64,000 nucleotides of DNA from a virus (IMGVR_UViG_3300008108_000181:17197-81196); one strand, 5' to 3'; shown: positions 48,126 through 56,546, counted from the first letter of the stretch. The notes: generated by a model from the letters alone, not told the origin. Numbers and translations: made by a program.

Positions 48126-49901
48126 TTAAATTATTTTTTTACTTACCAAATTATATTTATGCTCACCTTGTTTTGTAAAAACATAATTATCAAACTCTTT
48201 TATTTTTTCAGGTATTTTACAATCCTCGAGATTATATATATCACCAAGCGAATGAGAATGATGGTCACTATTTCTTTCAATCAGTTCATAATAAAGACCA
48301 CGATTGTAAACCGAATGAGTAATTCCTATTTCTTTAAATACTTGTTCAATACGATTCAATCTATCCAATCGTTCGTATGAATTGTTGTAGTTGGTATTAA
48401 AGTTAACCGTGTTGTGGTATTGAATATAGTTTCCCTCCTTAACCCATTTTTGTTTAAGAGTTTCATGTATTAAAAATCCAGAACAAGTTAAAATTTCTGA
48501 CATACAATCATGATACTCTTTGATAAAATCAACAGTTAATTGAAAATCTTCTTCAGTTTCATTTAAATACCCAATGATTAATTGCATTGCAAATTGCATT
48601 GGCCATTTATATTCTTTATTTATAATTCTTACATTTTCAAAAATTTCACGAACCCCATCGGTATTTGGATATTTTTTCATGTGTTTCAAAACTGATTCCG
48701 ATGCAGATTCAAATCCGGTAATCATTTTAAGTAATCCGGCTCTACGATACAATCTCATAGTTTCCAAATCTCTCATAGGAGTTTGTAATCTCATATTGCC
48801 ACCAAAAGTAAATCCCTTATCAGGCCAACCTTTTTCGATAATAACTTCACAAAATCTTTTTAACCATTTTGGGTCTCCATTGATAATCGAATCATGACAG
48901 AAAAAATTCATTCTACCTTTAGCAATCCAGTATTCGATTTCTTCTATTACAGTTTCTAATTTTCTATATCTGAATACTGGTATGAATTCTGGTACAGAAC
49001 AAAAGGTACAACGATATGGACATCCTCTACTTAATACCAATGGTACATTATGTTGATAAACTGATTTGTAATAATAATTATCTTCTAGCAATTCATAATT
49101 TGGAAAAGGTAATATATCCATATCAATAGTACCTCGTTGTGAATTGAATACTAATTTACCATTAGAATCTCTCCAAACTGCACCATTAATTTTTGCTAAA
49201 GATTCATCTGTCATATCACAAGTTAATAACTCAACAAATGTAATCTCACCATCTCCTCGTACAAAAACATCTATAAAATCATAACTTTCGGTCTTGTAAT
49301 TTGCATTTGGAAGAACACCAAAATCCAAAACTTCAATTCCATTACCACCAAAAAGTATTTTTATATGTGGATATTTTTCTTTTATCTTTTTAGCAATTGC
49401 TATCGATGCATCTATATTACCATCAATTATACTAAAACCAAAAAATGCAGGATTTGTCTTATCAATATATTTGAATACGAATCCTTCAATAATATGATTC
49501 ATTTCTCGAAAGGTATACAAGTGTTCGTATTGACCTTGATTTGCATAGGTATTAAACCATTGAAAAAATTCAGATTGTTTATTGGGAGGATTTAAGTAAA
49601 AATAATCAATTACTGGGTCAATAATCGATACTCGTAAATCTGAATGATATTTATCAATATAAGATTTTAATGCAACAACCCCTGCATAATAACCCGATTC
49701 ATTGATATTTGGAACTTGCATTAAAATACAATCTTGTTCTTTAATATCTTCGTAATGAAATTTATGGGTAAATTGATTTTCCTTATCAATGACTTGTTTG
49801 TGATTGATATAATTACTTAAATCAATCTTGACATCAATTAATGGGACATTATTATTTATTTGATGTAAAATTCTTTCTTCAACTTTTGAAATTTCTGTCA
49901 T
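48126..49901 (-). CDS. B12-binding-domain radical SAM enzyme
   Basis: ILFGG...DVFVRGDGE, LPFPNY, SRGCPYRCTFC, GFESAS..VL..MKK, IIGY..ET.EDF; ends SKKII. Confidence 0.93.
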   Translation of the reverse strand: MTEISKVEERILHQINNNVPLIDVKIDLSNYINHKQVIDKENQFTHKFHYEDIKEQDCILMQVPNINESGYYAGVVALKSYIDKYHSDLRVSIIDPVIDYFYLNPPNKQSEFFQWFNTYANQGQYEHLYTFREMNHIIEGFVFKYIDKTNPAFFGFSIIDGNIDASIAIAKKIKEKYPHIKILFGGNGIEVLDFGVLPNANYKTESYDFIDVFVRGDGEITFVELLTCDMTDESLAKINGAVWRDSNGKLVFNSQRGTIDMDILPFPNYELLEDNYYYKSVYQHNVPLVLSRGCPYRCTFCSVPEFIPVFRYRKLETVIEEIEYWIAKGRMNFFCHDSIINGDPKWLKRFCEVIIEKGWPDKGFTFGGNMRLQTPMRDLETMRLYRRAGLLKMITGFESASESVLKHMKKYPNTDGVREIFENVRIINKEYKWPMQFAMQLIIGYLNETEEDFQLTVDFIKEYHDCMSEILTCSGFLIHETLKQKWVKEGNYIQYHNTVNFNTNYNNSYERLDRLNRIEQVFKEIGITHSVYNRGLYYELIERNSDHHSHSLGDIYNLEDCKIPEKIKEFDNYVFTKQGEHKYNLVSKKII

Positions 49902-49985
49902 TTTTTTTTCGAAAATCTTATAGTTATAAAAGCTTATATACTTAAAACTGATAAGTACAAAGATAAGTATTATAACCCTTAACTA

Positions 49986-50273
49986 TTATACTTTATAACT
50001 AGCGTTTTTTTCCTCTATCCAAGATTTTCTTAATAGGTTTAAAACTTCCCTTTCTTCAGTTGTATAATAACCTTTTTTTAATACTGAAGATATCAATATC
50101 AAACTCTCATTAATTCCACTAATCCACTCGTTGTGCATTTCTAGAGTTGCACCGTTTAGTGCAGATTTATTTACCTTACTACCTTCAAGGTACATATCCT
50201 TTAACCAATACTCAATATCTAATAAAAGATTTTTTAATTCTTCGGTGAGAATATCACTTCTACCCATTGCCAT
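49986..50273 (-). CDS. Member of the small paralogue family (IL..G.Y...LN..R..W)
   Basis: VLKKGYYTTEEREVLNLLRKSW. Confidence 0.65.
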   Translation of the reverse strand: MAMGRSDILTEELKNLLLDIEYWLKDMYLEGSKVNKSALNGATLEMHNEWISGINESLILISSVLKKGYYTTEEREVLNLLRKSWIEEKNASYKV

Positions 50274-50279
50274 ATTATA

Positions 50280-50540
50280 TTACCATTTACCAGCTGGACA
50301 TTGAGATTGACGAGAAAGAGTTTTAGCTGCAATGTTACACCCACACCCACTTACCATTTGATTCGTTTTTTGATTAAGAATCATTTTGTTAGGGTCACAA
50401 GTATTATCGGTTCGTATAGAACATGCATTGCAATGAAGTAATCTTGATTCAGCTAACTTACGAGTTTCTTCATCTAATAAACCAAAATTAGATTTAACTA
50501 GATTTCCCCACCCATCGAGTATTTCACTTAATTTTCCCAT
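50280..50540 (-). CDS. Small Cys-rich protein, paralogue of 39210..39491 (start corrected to MGKLSE)
   Basis: RLLHCNAC...GCGCNIAAK....QCPAGKW; the track start lies inside tRNA-Asn. Confidence 0.8.
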   Translation of the reverse strand: MGKLSEILDGWGNLVKSNFGLLDEETRKLAESRLLHCNACSIRTDNTCDPNKMILNQKTNQMVSGCGCNIAAKTLSRQSQCPAGKW

Positions 50541-50557
50541 AATGCTATTTAATTGTG

Positions 50558-50631
50558 CTCCTCCTCTTGGGCTCGAACCAAGGACCCCATGATTAACAGT
50601 CATGTGCTCTAACCAGCTGAGCTAAGGAGGA
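50558..50631 (-). tRNA. tRNA-Asn(GTT)
   Basis: Cloverleaf: TCCTCCT/AGGAGGA acceptor, CTGTTAA loop, GTTCGA T-loop. Confidence 0.95.
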
Positions 50632-50638
50632 ATGTTTG

Positions 50639-50755
50639 CTGGTAAGGATGGATTCGAACCACCACGAGGACTTTAGCCAAAGGACATTGCATGCATTGTG
50701 GTCAACCCATTATCCTTCGTTTATCAGTTACTCCCCACCCCCGAGCTCACTTCCA
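50639..50755 (-). ncRNA. tRNA-like RNA with an enlarged central region
   Basis: Intact T-arm GGTGG-TTCGAAT-CCATC and acceptor 3' strand; no canonical anticodon arm. Confidence 0.5.
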
Positions 50756-50792
50756 GTTCCCAATCGAGTTCTTTCGTCATAGAATATCATTG

Positions 50793-50877
50793 CAGAGGAG
50801 GAGGGATTCGAACCCCCGTTACCTTTCAGTAAAACGGTTTTCAAGACCGCCGCGTTCAACCGCTCTGCCACTCCTCT
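50793..50877 (-). tRNA. tRNA-Ser(TGA)
   Basis: AGAGGAG/CTCCTCT acceptor, CTTGAAA loop, long variable arm. Confidence 0.95.
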
Positions 50878-50972
50878 AAATAGGAATGAGTATTTGCAAC
50901 TACTCAATCCCGAACATGACTTACTCTGGGACGCTGTTCTCATGGGTAGCGTAGTAAGTACTGTTGACTAAT

Positions 50973-51374
50973 TTATCTATATGTTCTACTTGATTTACGA
51001 TTACCAATATTTTTGTAGGTATTGGTAAGTGAATGACAATTAGGACACACTACTCTTAAATTATTTATATTGTTATTATATGCATCTCCATCAATATGGT
51101 CTATTTCTAATGGACTTTTACCGGTATATTTATTGACTTCATCCCAACCACATTTAGAACACTTGTGATTAGATTTATCAATTAAATATCTATTCATCCA
51201 AACTGGTACTGAGTTGCCACCTTTTTGAATAATATTATTACCACTTAACCATTCATTCAGTTTAAGTTTTGTTTGATACTCTCCCTGACATTTATTACCA
51301 CAATAAACATTATTATTTGGAATTGCTTTTTCACAATTTAAACATTTTTTTTCTAATTTTTCTCTATTTCTCAT
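50973..51374 (-). CDS. HNH endonuclease within the tRNA cluster
   Basis: CSKCG...LEIDHIDGD..NN...NLRVVCPNCH. Confidence 0.92.
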   Translation of the reverse strand: MRNREKLEKKCLNCEKAIPNNNVYCGNKCQGEYQTKLKLNEWLSGNNIIQKGGNSVPVWMNRYLIDKSNHKCSKCGWDEVNKYTGKSPLEIDHIDGDAYNNNINNLRVVCPNCHSLTNTYKNIGNRKSSRTYR

Positions 51375-51429
51375 TGGTATACCTATTCTTTAATATAAAT
51401 ATAGGTTTACCAAATAAAACATCAAAAAG

Positions 51430-51501
51430 AGCTCCCACTCGGAATCGAACCAAGTTATCATGATTACAAGTCATGTGCATCGCCAGCAATGCTTTAGGAG
51501 C
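51430..51501 (-). tRNA. tRNA-Thr(TGT)
   Basis: GCTCCTA/TGGGAGC acceptor, CTTGTAA loop. Confidence 0.9.
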
Positions 51502-51527
51502 TTTAACTATCGTTCTATTTAATTGAT

Positions 51528-51935
51528 TTACCCTTTCAGTAAATCTTTTTGTTTAATTTTATTTTCTAATTTATCTAAACGAGAATCTAATAAAGATAAA
51601 ACATCTTTTTCATTTTCATCTATATTAGATTGTACCTCTCGTATTTCTTCATCAATTCTTCTATGCAAAATATCTTTTGTATCACCAATAAAATCTAATG
51701 CATCTTTTAATTGAAGTTGTAAATCTCTTACTTCATTATCAATCCTACGATGTACATCATCTGATACATCCTCAACTCTACGATGTAGATTACTAACCTC
51801 ATCGTTTGAACTTCTTTCTAAGAATTGAACTTCTTCTTTCAACTCTTTTACTAAAGTACCTACCCTAACAATAACCACAACCCCTAATACTAAAAGAACT
51901 GTGACCACTCCTAAAACAAAATATACTATTTCCAT
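51528..51935 (-). CDS. Membrane-anchored coiled-coil protein with three HRR[IV][DE] repeats
   Basis: N-terminal TM helix; LHRRVED, VHRRIDN, LHRRIDE. Confidence 0.75.
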   Translation of the reverse strand: MEIVYFVLGVVTVLLVLGVVVIVRVGTLVKELKEEVQFLERSSNDEVSNLHRRVEDVSDDVHRRIDNEVRDLQLQLKDALDFIGDTKDILHRRIDEEIREVQSNIDENEKDVLSLLDSRLDKLENKIKQKDLLKG

Positions 51936-51984
51936 AATTTTTTCTTTTTTTTAAGTTATACAATATGTGAAAGAACGATAGTTG

Positions 51985-52056
51985 TACTCGATACGGGAAT
52001 CGAACCCGTGTTTTATCCGTGAAAGGGATACGTCCTAACCCCTAGACGAACCGAGC
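51985..52056 (-). tRNA. tRNA-Glu(TTC)
   Basis: CTTTCAC loop; canonical D- and T-arms. Confidence 0.92.
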
Positions 52057-52076
52057 AGGGTAATCATAATAATGAG

Positions 52077-52159
52077 TATCAGGAGCGGGAATCGAACCCG
52101 CACAGCCAATGGCCAACAGATTTTAAGTCTGTCGTGTCTACCTATTCCACCACCCCGAC
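52077..52159 (-). tRNA. tRNA-Leu(TAA)
   Basis: CTTAAAA loop, long variable arm. Confidence 0.93.
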
Positions 52160-52308
52160 ATTTCTTCGTATAAGAACTTGTATATAAATATATACAATAC
52201 AAATATACGAAATTTATTTTACAATTCCAAACTTGTAGTTTAGTTAGAAAGTCAGTTGGATAATAAACATATCCAACCGAACTAACTAAACGAACACGTC
52301 TGGGGGAG

Positions 52309-52382
52309 TGGGCCCACTTGGAATCGAACCAAGCACCTACTGATTATGAGTCAGTTGCTCTAACCGAATGAGCTATAGGCCC
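52309..52382 (-). tRNA. tRNA with CAT anticodon, probably Ile2 (lysidine type) rather than Met
   Basis: GGGCCTATAGCTCA 5' end typical of Ile2; CTCATAA loop. Confidence 0.85.
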
Positions 52383-52443
52383 TTAATTTTATATTTATCC
52401 AAAACTACTTTTTTTAAAGAGATTTGGAAGATTATAAATCGTG

Positions 52444-52515
52444 GGTGATTACTGGGATTCGAACCCAAACTAAAAGAACCACAAACTTTCGTGCTACCTT
52501 TACACCATAATCACC
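52444..52515 (-). tRNA. tRNA-His(GTG)
   Basis: Encoded G-1 pairing with C73; TTGTGGT loop. Confidence 0.9.
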
Positions 52516-52517
52516 AT

Positions 52518-52916
52518 TTAGTATTTACTCTTTACTTTTACTACATTCCAATCCATTTCACTATCCTTATTCAATCTAAAGTAATAATGACCACCAGTAG
52601 AATACGCTCTGAACTTTAGCATCCAAAAGATTGTATTTTCTAATTCACCGATTATAGATTCATTACCACTCCATCCTATGGTATGTAATTCAAGCATACC
52701 ATCTTCTTCTTTATATCCATAATCATAATACCACAATTCTTTAATGTAGTTTAGGAGTTGGGTATAATCAGTAGTATTGAAGAACTTACCATATACTAAC
52801 TCACCATCAATCTTTTCACTACCCCAATTACGAATATACTTCAGTGCCTCATCAGTTGGGTAACCATCCTCATCGAACAAATAGAATGGGTATATATAAT
52901 CTAATTTGGTTTCCAT
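52518..52916 (-). CDS. Hypothetical protein
   Basis: DEDGYPT...HTIGWSGNE..GGHY. Confidence 0.75.
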   Translation of the reverse strand: METKLDYIYPFYLFDEDGYPTDEALKYIRNWGSEKIDGELVYGKFFNTTDYTQLLNYIKELWYYDYGYKEEDGMLELHTIGWSGNESIIGELENTIFWMLKFRAYSTGGHYYFRLNKDSEMDWNVVKVKSKY

Positions 52917-52931
52917 AATTTTATTTTAATG

Positions 52932-53002
52932 TTATCCTACAAGGATTCGAACCTCGAACAACTGAACCAAAATCAGTAGTGTTACCGTTACACCATAGGA
53001 TA
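52932..53002 (-). tRNA. tRNA-Gln(TTG)
   Basis: TATCCTA/TAGGATA acceptor, TTTTGGT loop. Confidence 0.93.
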
Positions 53003-53067
53003 ATGTTTAGATTTGTAAAACTCATCCCTAACGGGGTAAAGAAACTCCATCTAATAAGTTTTTTGCG

Positions 53068-53158
53068 TAGTCAGGACAGGATTCGAACCTGTACTCCCCA
53101 TTACAGGGAGCGTGATACAGCCACCAATGTAGCTGTGGCACCCAATTGCCACCTGACT
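53068..53158 (-). ncRNA. Atypical tRNA-like RNA without a canonical anticodon loop
   Basis: AGTCAGG/CCTGACT acceptor, perfect T-arm, compact D-arm, extended anticodon-position stem, variable hairpin. Confidence 0.7.
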
Positions 53159-53255
53159 ATTTTATTTCAATTTCGGTAGGAGAACTTCTTTCTCCCTTAA
53201 CTCAACAATACAAAGATACGAAAAAGATTTCATATTTCCTAATGTTTTATTAAAT

Positions 53256-53288
53256 AAAAAACCCCAACTTAATTAAAGTTAGGGTTTC
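53256..53288 (-). terminator. Probable intrinsic terminator after the small lipoprotein gene
   Basis: AAACCCTAACTT...AAGTTGGGGTTTTT on the minus strand. Confidence 0.65.
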
Positions 53289-53312
53289 TAAAAATCGGTT
53301 GATTTTTAGAAA

Positions 53313-53522
53313 TTACTTCACTGACTGCTCAGAAACTGGCTCAGCTACTTCTTCACCTGCAGCTGCACCGGCAACTTCAAGAGTTTCTTCAGTTTGTACG
53401 GCTGCGGAATCAACTTGTACTGAATCAACTGCTACAGAGTCAGTTCCTTCAGATTGAACTCCTTTACCACCACAAGCAACCATTACTGTTGCAAGTACTG
53501 CGAATAGAAATACTTTTTTCAT
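53313..53522 (-). CDS. Small acidic lipoprotein
   Basis: Lipobox MVAC-GG; DSVAVDSVQVDS low-complexity tail. Confidence 0.8.
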   Translation of the reverse strand: MKKVFLFAVLATVMVACGGKGVQSEGTDSVAVDSVQVDSAAVQTEETLEVAGAAAGEEVAEPVSEQSVK

Positions 53523-53753
53523 TTTTCTTTTTTTTTAATTGTTAAACATTTGTTTTACTACATAAATTGATTTAGACCTTCTAAATCTTTTTATACTCTT
53601 TTTTAACTCGTATAATAAGTATAACGAATTAATAAAAACATTAAAAATCCAACCCGAGTATCTTTCATCACCTATAAGGATTTATGAATATTTGATGTTT
53701 TCAATTTACTTTTACAAAGATACGAAACTTTTTTCAGAATTCCTAATGCTTTG

Positions 53754-54032
53754 TTAAAATCTTTTCGATATTTTTAAAATTAATTCTTGTTCTTCATCTG
53801 TCAAGGATAGAAAGTTTGAACTAATCTTACCTAGTTGTTCTCTAAACAACTGCTCATTCAAACTTACATTATCATAATCGGACCCAGCGTAGATTTGTTT
53901 TTCCAATTCAGTTTGGTAATATCCATCTATATAGAGTTCGTCTACTAGTTCTTGTTTTTCATGTGAGGATAATCCATCAATAATTTCATCCAAATCAATA
54001 TCCATGTTAATGTATGCCATAGTTTTTCTCAT
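53754..54032 (-). CDS. Hypothetical protein
   Basis: ORF track; promoter at ~54040. Confidence 0.65.
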   Translation of the reverse strand: MRKTMAYINMDIDLDEIIDGLSSHEKQELVDELYIDGYYQTELEKQIYAGSDYDNVSLNEQLFREQLGKISSNFLSLTDEEQELILKISKRF

Positions 54033-54078
54033 TTTGTTTTACAAATATACGAAAAAAAATTCAGAATTCCTACTACTT

Positions 54079-55014
54079 CTAAAAGATATTTTTAATATAT
54101 GGTATAGGGTTTATTTCAGTTGTATCCTTCTCAATATGCTCTAATATGGAATCTGCTAAGTATTGATGCTGTATTAATGTTGGGTGTTCGTTTTTAGTAT
54201 TTGGAAATTCCTTATCGATTCTTTTATGTGGAAAGGTACATTCCCATTCTTCATAATATTTGTAATAGTTTCCATCATACCCCTTTAAAGGTACGAGTAA
54301 TGATTCTATGTAAGAATTATTGCGTATATGGTCAAATGATGTAGAATTACACCACGAATCAATCAGATAAAGTTTTGCAGTTTTCTGATACTTTTTAAGT
54401 TGTTCTATGTGGTACTCGAGATTTCTCTGTCTATGTGGATGAAATATAAAATCAACATAAGTTATAATATCACCTTGTTTTTCCCACTCTAACATTTTTT
54501 GAAAATTGAATTTAGGAATACCTTCATATTTTTCCAAATAATCAATTCTACTTTGTGTCCATTCATCTATTGGTTCATTATTAATAACTTTATGAACGTA
54601 ATCAACATAGACATTAAATGGTTTGGGTCTGTCTATTTTACAAAAATCACAATTACAATTAATATCAGAATGTAAAAAATTTCTATCAATTGAAGTAAAA
54701 AAATGTATAATATATTTTGTATCTAAACTTAAATTCTCTTCAATTAGTAATCGTGATGAATGCCAATCTCCTCCATTATCTTTTCTAACAATTGATTTTA
54801 AACCAAGTTTTTTTTCTATTAATCCTGCAAATCTATTCTCTTCTCTAAATTTTATTGATTCAGGAGTTTGTTTATACAACAATCCTCCAGATTCACTATC
54901 ATCAACCCACTCATTATAAACTTCTCGTTGAGATTTCCAATACGGAGTATCTATGTAAAGTTCCAATCCTTCTCCCCATACAAAAGAGTCACCGGAATAA
55001 ATTATATTATTCAT
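54079..55014 (-). CDS. SGNH-like hydrolase-fold protein
   Basis: YSGDSFVWGEG and C-terminal EHP...H..LA; ends IKNIF. Confidence 0.6.
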   Translation of the reverse strand: MNNIIYSGDSFVWGEGLELYIDTPYWKSQREVYNEWVDDSESGGLLYKQTPESIKFREENRFAGLIEKKLGLKSIVRKDNGGDWHSSRLLIEENLSLDTKYIIHFFTSIDRNFLHSDINCNCDFCKIDRPKPFNVYVDYVHKVINNEPIDEWTQSRIDYLEKYEGIPKFNFQKMLEWEKQGDIITYVDFIFHPHRQRNLEYHIEQLKKYQKTAKLYLIDSWCNSTSFDHIRNNSYIESLLVPLKGYDGNYYKYYEEWECTFPHKRIDKEFPNTKNEHPTLIQHQYLADSILEHIEKDTTEINPIPYIKNIF

Positions 55015-55067
55015 TATTGCTGTATTGATTTTTTATTAATAATAGATATTTAGAATTCTAATTTATT

Positions 55068-55292
55068 TTAAATAATCTTAACATCGAATCCATTTAGAAA
55101 CATATATTCCTCTATTATTTCTAAATCATGAAACTCACCTTCCTTTACAACTGCATGACCTTTGGTTGCCATGGTAAATGCAATTTGTTCACACTGGATT
55201 TCCTCGTGTTCGGTTATATCCCAAATGGCATCAATTGTCTCATCGATTGTTTTGTAGGGTGTATCGTATATAACTAATTTACGAGGTTCCAT
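55068..55292 (-). CDS. ClpS-like adaptor (divergent)
   Basis: LVIYD....TID...HEEIQCEQIA....TKGHAVVKEG. Confidence 0.6.
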   Translation of the reverse strand: MEPRKLVIYDTPYKTIDETIDAIWDITEHEEIQCEQIAFTMATKGHAVVKEGEFHDLEIIEEYMFLNGFDVKII

Positions 55293-55294
55293 TG

Positions 55295-55630
55295 TTATTG
55301 TAAGAAAGTTATTAGATAAGGTGATATTTTATATCCAACATACGCACCTAATGCGGTTGGGACTGGGAATACTATAAACTTACCCAAATCAGTAACATAC
55401 TTTGGTCTGTTTACAATCTTACCCAAGAAGAAGTAGAATATCATATAAGAGATAAGAACCGCCATATCAATTCTTAAACTAACTGCTACGATTACAACTG
55501 CACCCAAAAATCCATATAGGAAGTTGTATAACACTCCATCAATCCAAACTTCTTGTGGTGATGATGAATTGTAATCTTCTACTATGGTAGATAAGGGTAA
55601 TTTCTTTTTTCTTCTTAATTTACTTTCCAT
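55295..55630 (-). CDS. Membrane protein
   Basis: Three hydrophobic segments. Confidence 0.7.
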   Translation of the reverse strand: MESKLRRKKKLPLSTIVEDYNSSSPQEVWIDGVLYNFLYGFLGAVVIVAVSLRIDMAVLISYMIFYFFLGKIVNRPKYVTDLGKFIVFPVPTALGAYVGYKISPYLITFLQ

Positions 55631-55943
55631 TAGTGTAATCGTTTAACTTTTTAACTGCTTTGTTTAATCGTGTTTCTTGTATATATCTATCTCTCATTTC
55701 ATTTAGAAACACTTGTTGTTCTTTGGTATAGAATTGTACTCTTGATATTTCCGATAATTCATCTATCCGATTTCTCCAAATAGGTTCTTGTGGGGTCCCG
55801 AATGGGTGTGGTTGTTTTAATTTCTCTATACACCAATCTCGAAGGATAATGATTGCTCTTTTCTTGTCATCGGTAATCAGGTAATCCTCCCAATAACCCG
55901 AACTCAAATTATTCAAGTTCATCAGAATTTGTTTCATATCCAT
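55620..55943 (-). CDS. Member of the small paralogue family
   Basis: ISRVQFYTKEQQVFLNEMRDRY. Confidence 0.65.
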   Translation of the reverse strand: MDMKQILMNLNNLSSGYWEDYLITDDKKRAIIILRDWCIEKLKQPHPFGTPQEPIWRNRIDELSEISRVQFYTKEQQVFLNEMRDRYIQETRLNKAVKKLNDYTNGK

Positions 55944-55970
55944 ACTCGTCCGCTTTTGTCGGTCAAACTT

Positions 55971-56243
55971 TTAATTTTTAAATGGATCCCTTTTTATTGA
56001 TAGTTGCTCTCTTCTCTCCATCTCCAATGCTTTCAACCTCTGTCCTCGTATCAACTTAATTAAGTGTACTAGGATGATTATCCCATTCAAGGTCATTACC
56101 GATACCTCATCGTTATAATAACCCCACAATGCCCATCCCATACATCCTACGGAGTTGACTACTCTCATCTTCACCCCATCGAATCCAAACGATGATAGTG
56201 TCACTATGGTGGATATCCATCCTAATAATTCTATTGGTGTCAT
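55971..56243 (-). CDS. Small membrane protein (YgjV-like)
   Basis: IELLGW...LSSF...MRVVNSVGC..W..WG...LN. Confidence 0.65.
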   Translation of the reverse strand: MTPIELLGWISTIVTLSSFGFDGVKMRVVNSVGCMGWALWGYYNDEVSVMTLNGIIILVHLIKLIRGQRLKALEMERREQLSIKRDPFKN

Positions 56244-56249
56244 ACTGAG

Positions 56250-56546
56250 TTAGAAAGGTAGTGTGTCTTTATCTTTTAAATATAAGTAACGGATGTGATT
56301 GATAATGAATCTATCTTCTTCATCGTACCCATCTTGTTTAAGTATCTTTACTATCAAACTTATATACTCCATTACTTGTAGTGGGTCAATTGATAGAACT
56401 GTATTTGATGATAGGGATGATTTGTTAGTCATCATCCAATCTTGGAGTTTGACTAAAAACTTTTGTTGAGCTGGGGATAAGACATATCGTGTGAATTGTG
56501 TCCCATATCCTAGTCCATTGGTTGTGTTTGTAGTTTGAGTACTCAT
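56250..56546 (-). CDS. Member of the small paralogue family
   Basis: LSPAQQKFL...W...ILKQDGYDEEDRFIINHIR. Confidence 0.65.
   Translation of the reverse strand: MSTQTTNTTNGLGYGTQFTRYVLSPAQQKFLVKLQDWMMTNKSSLSSNTVLSIDPLQVMEYISLIVKILKQDGYDEEDRFIINHIRYLYLKDKDTLPF

Noticed and set aside
50541-50603. N-terminal extension of ORF 50280..50603
   Set aside because: Overlaps tRNA-Asn; comparison with the paralogue supports the start at 50540
50728-50943. 71-aa minus-strand ORF
   Set aside because: Reads through tRNA-Ser; spurious
53007-53054. Possible hammerhead-like element between tRNA-Gln and the tRNA mimic
   Set aside because: Some pairing (TTAGAT/ATCTAA), but the CUGANGA and GAAA core is not present on one strand
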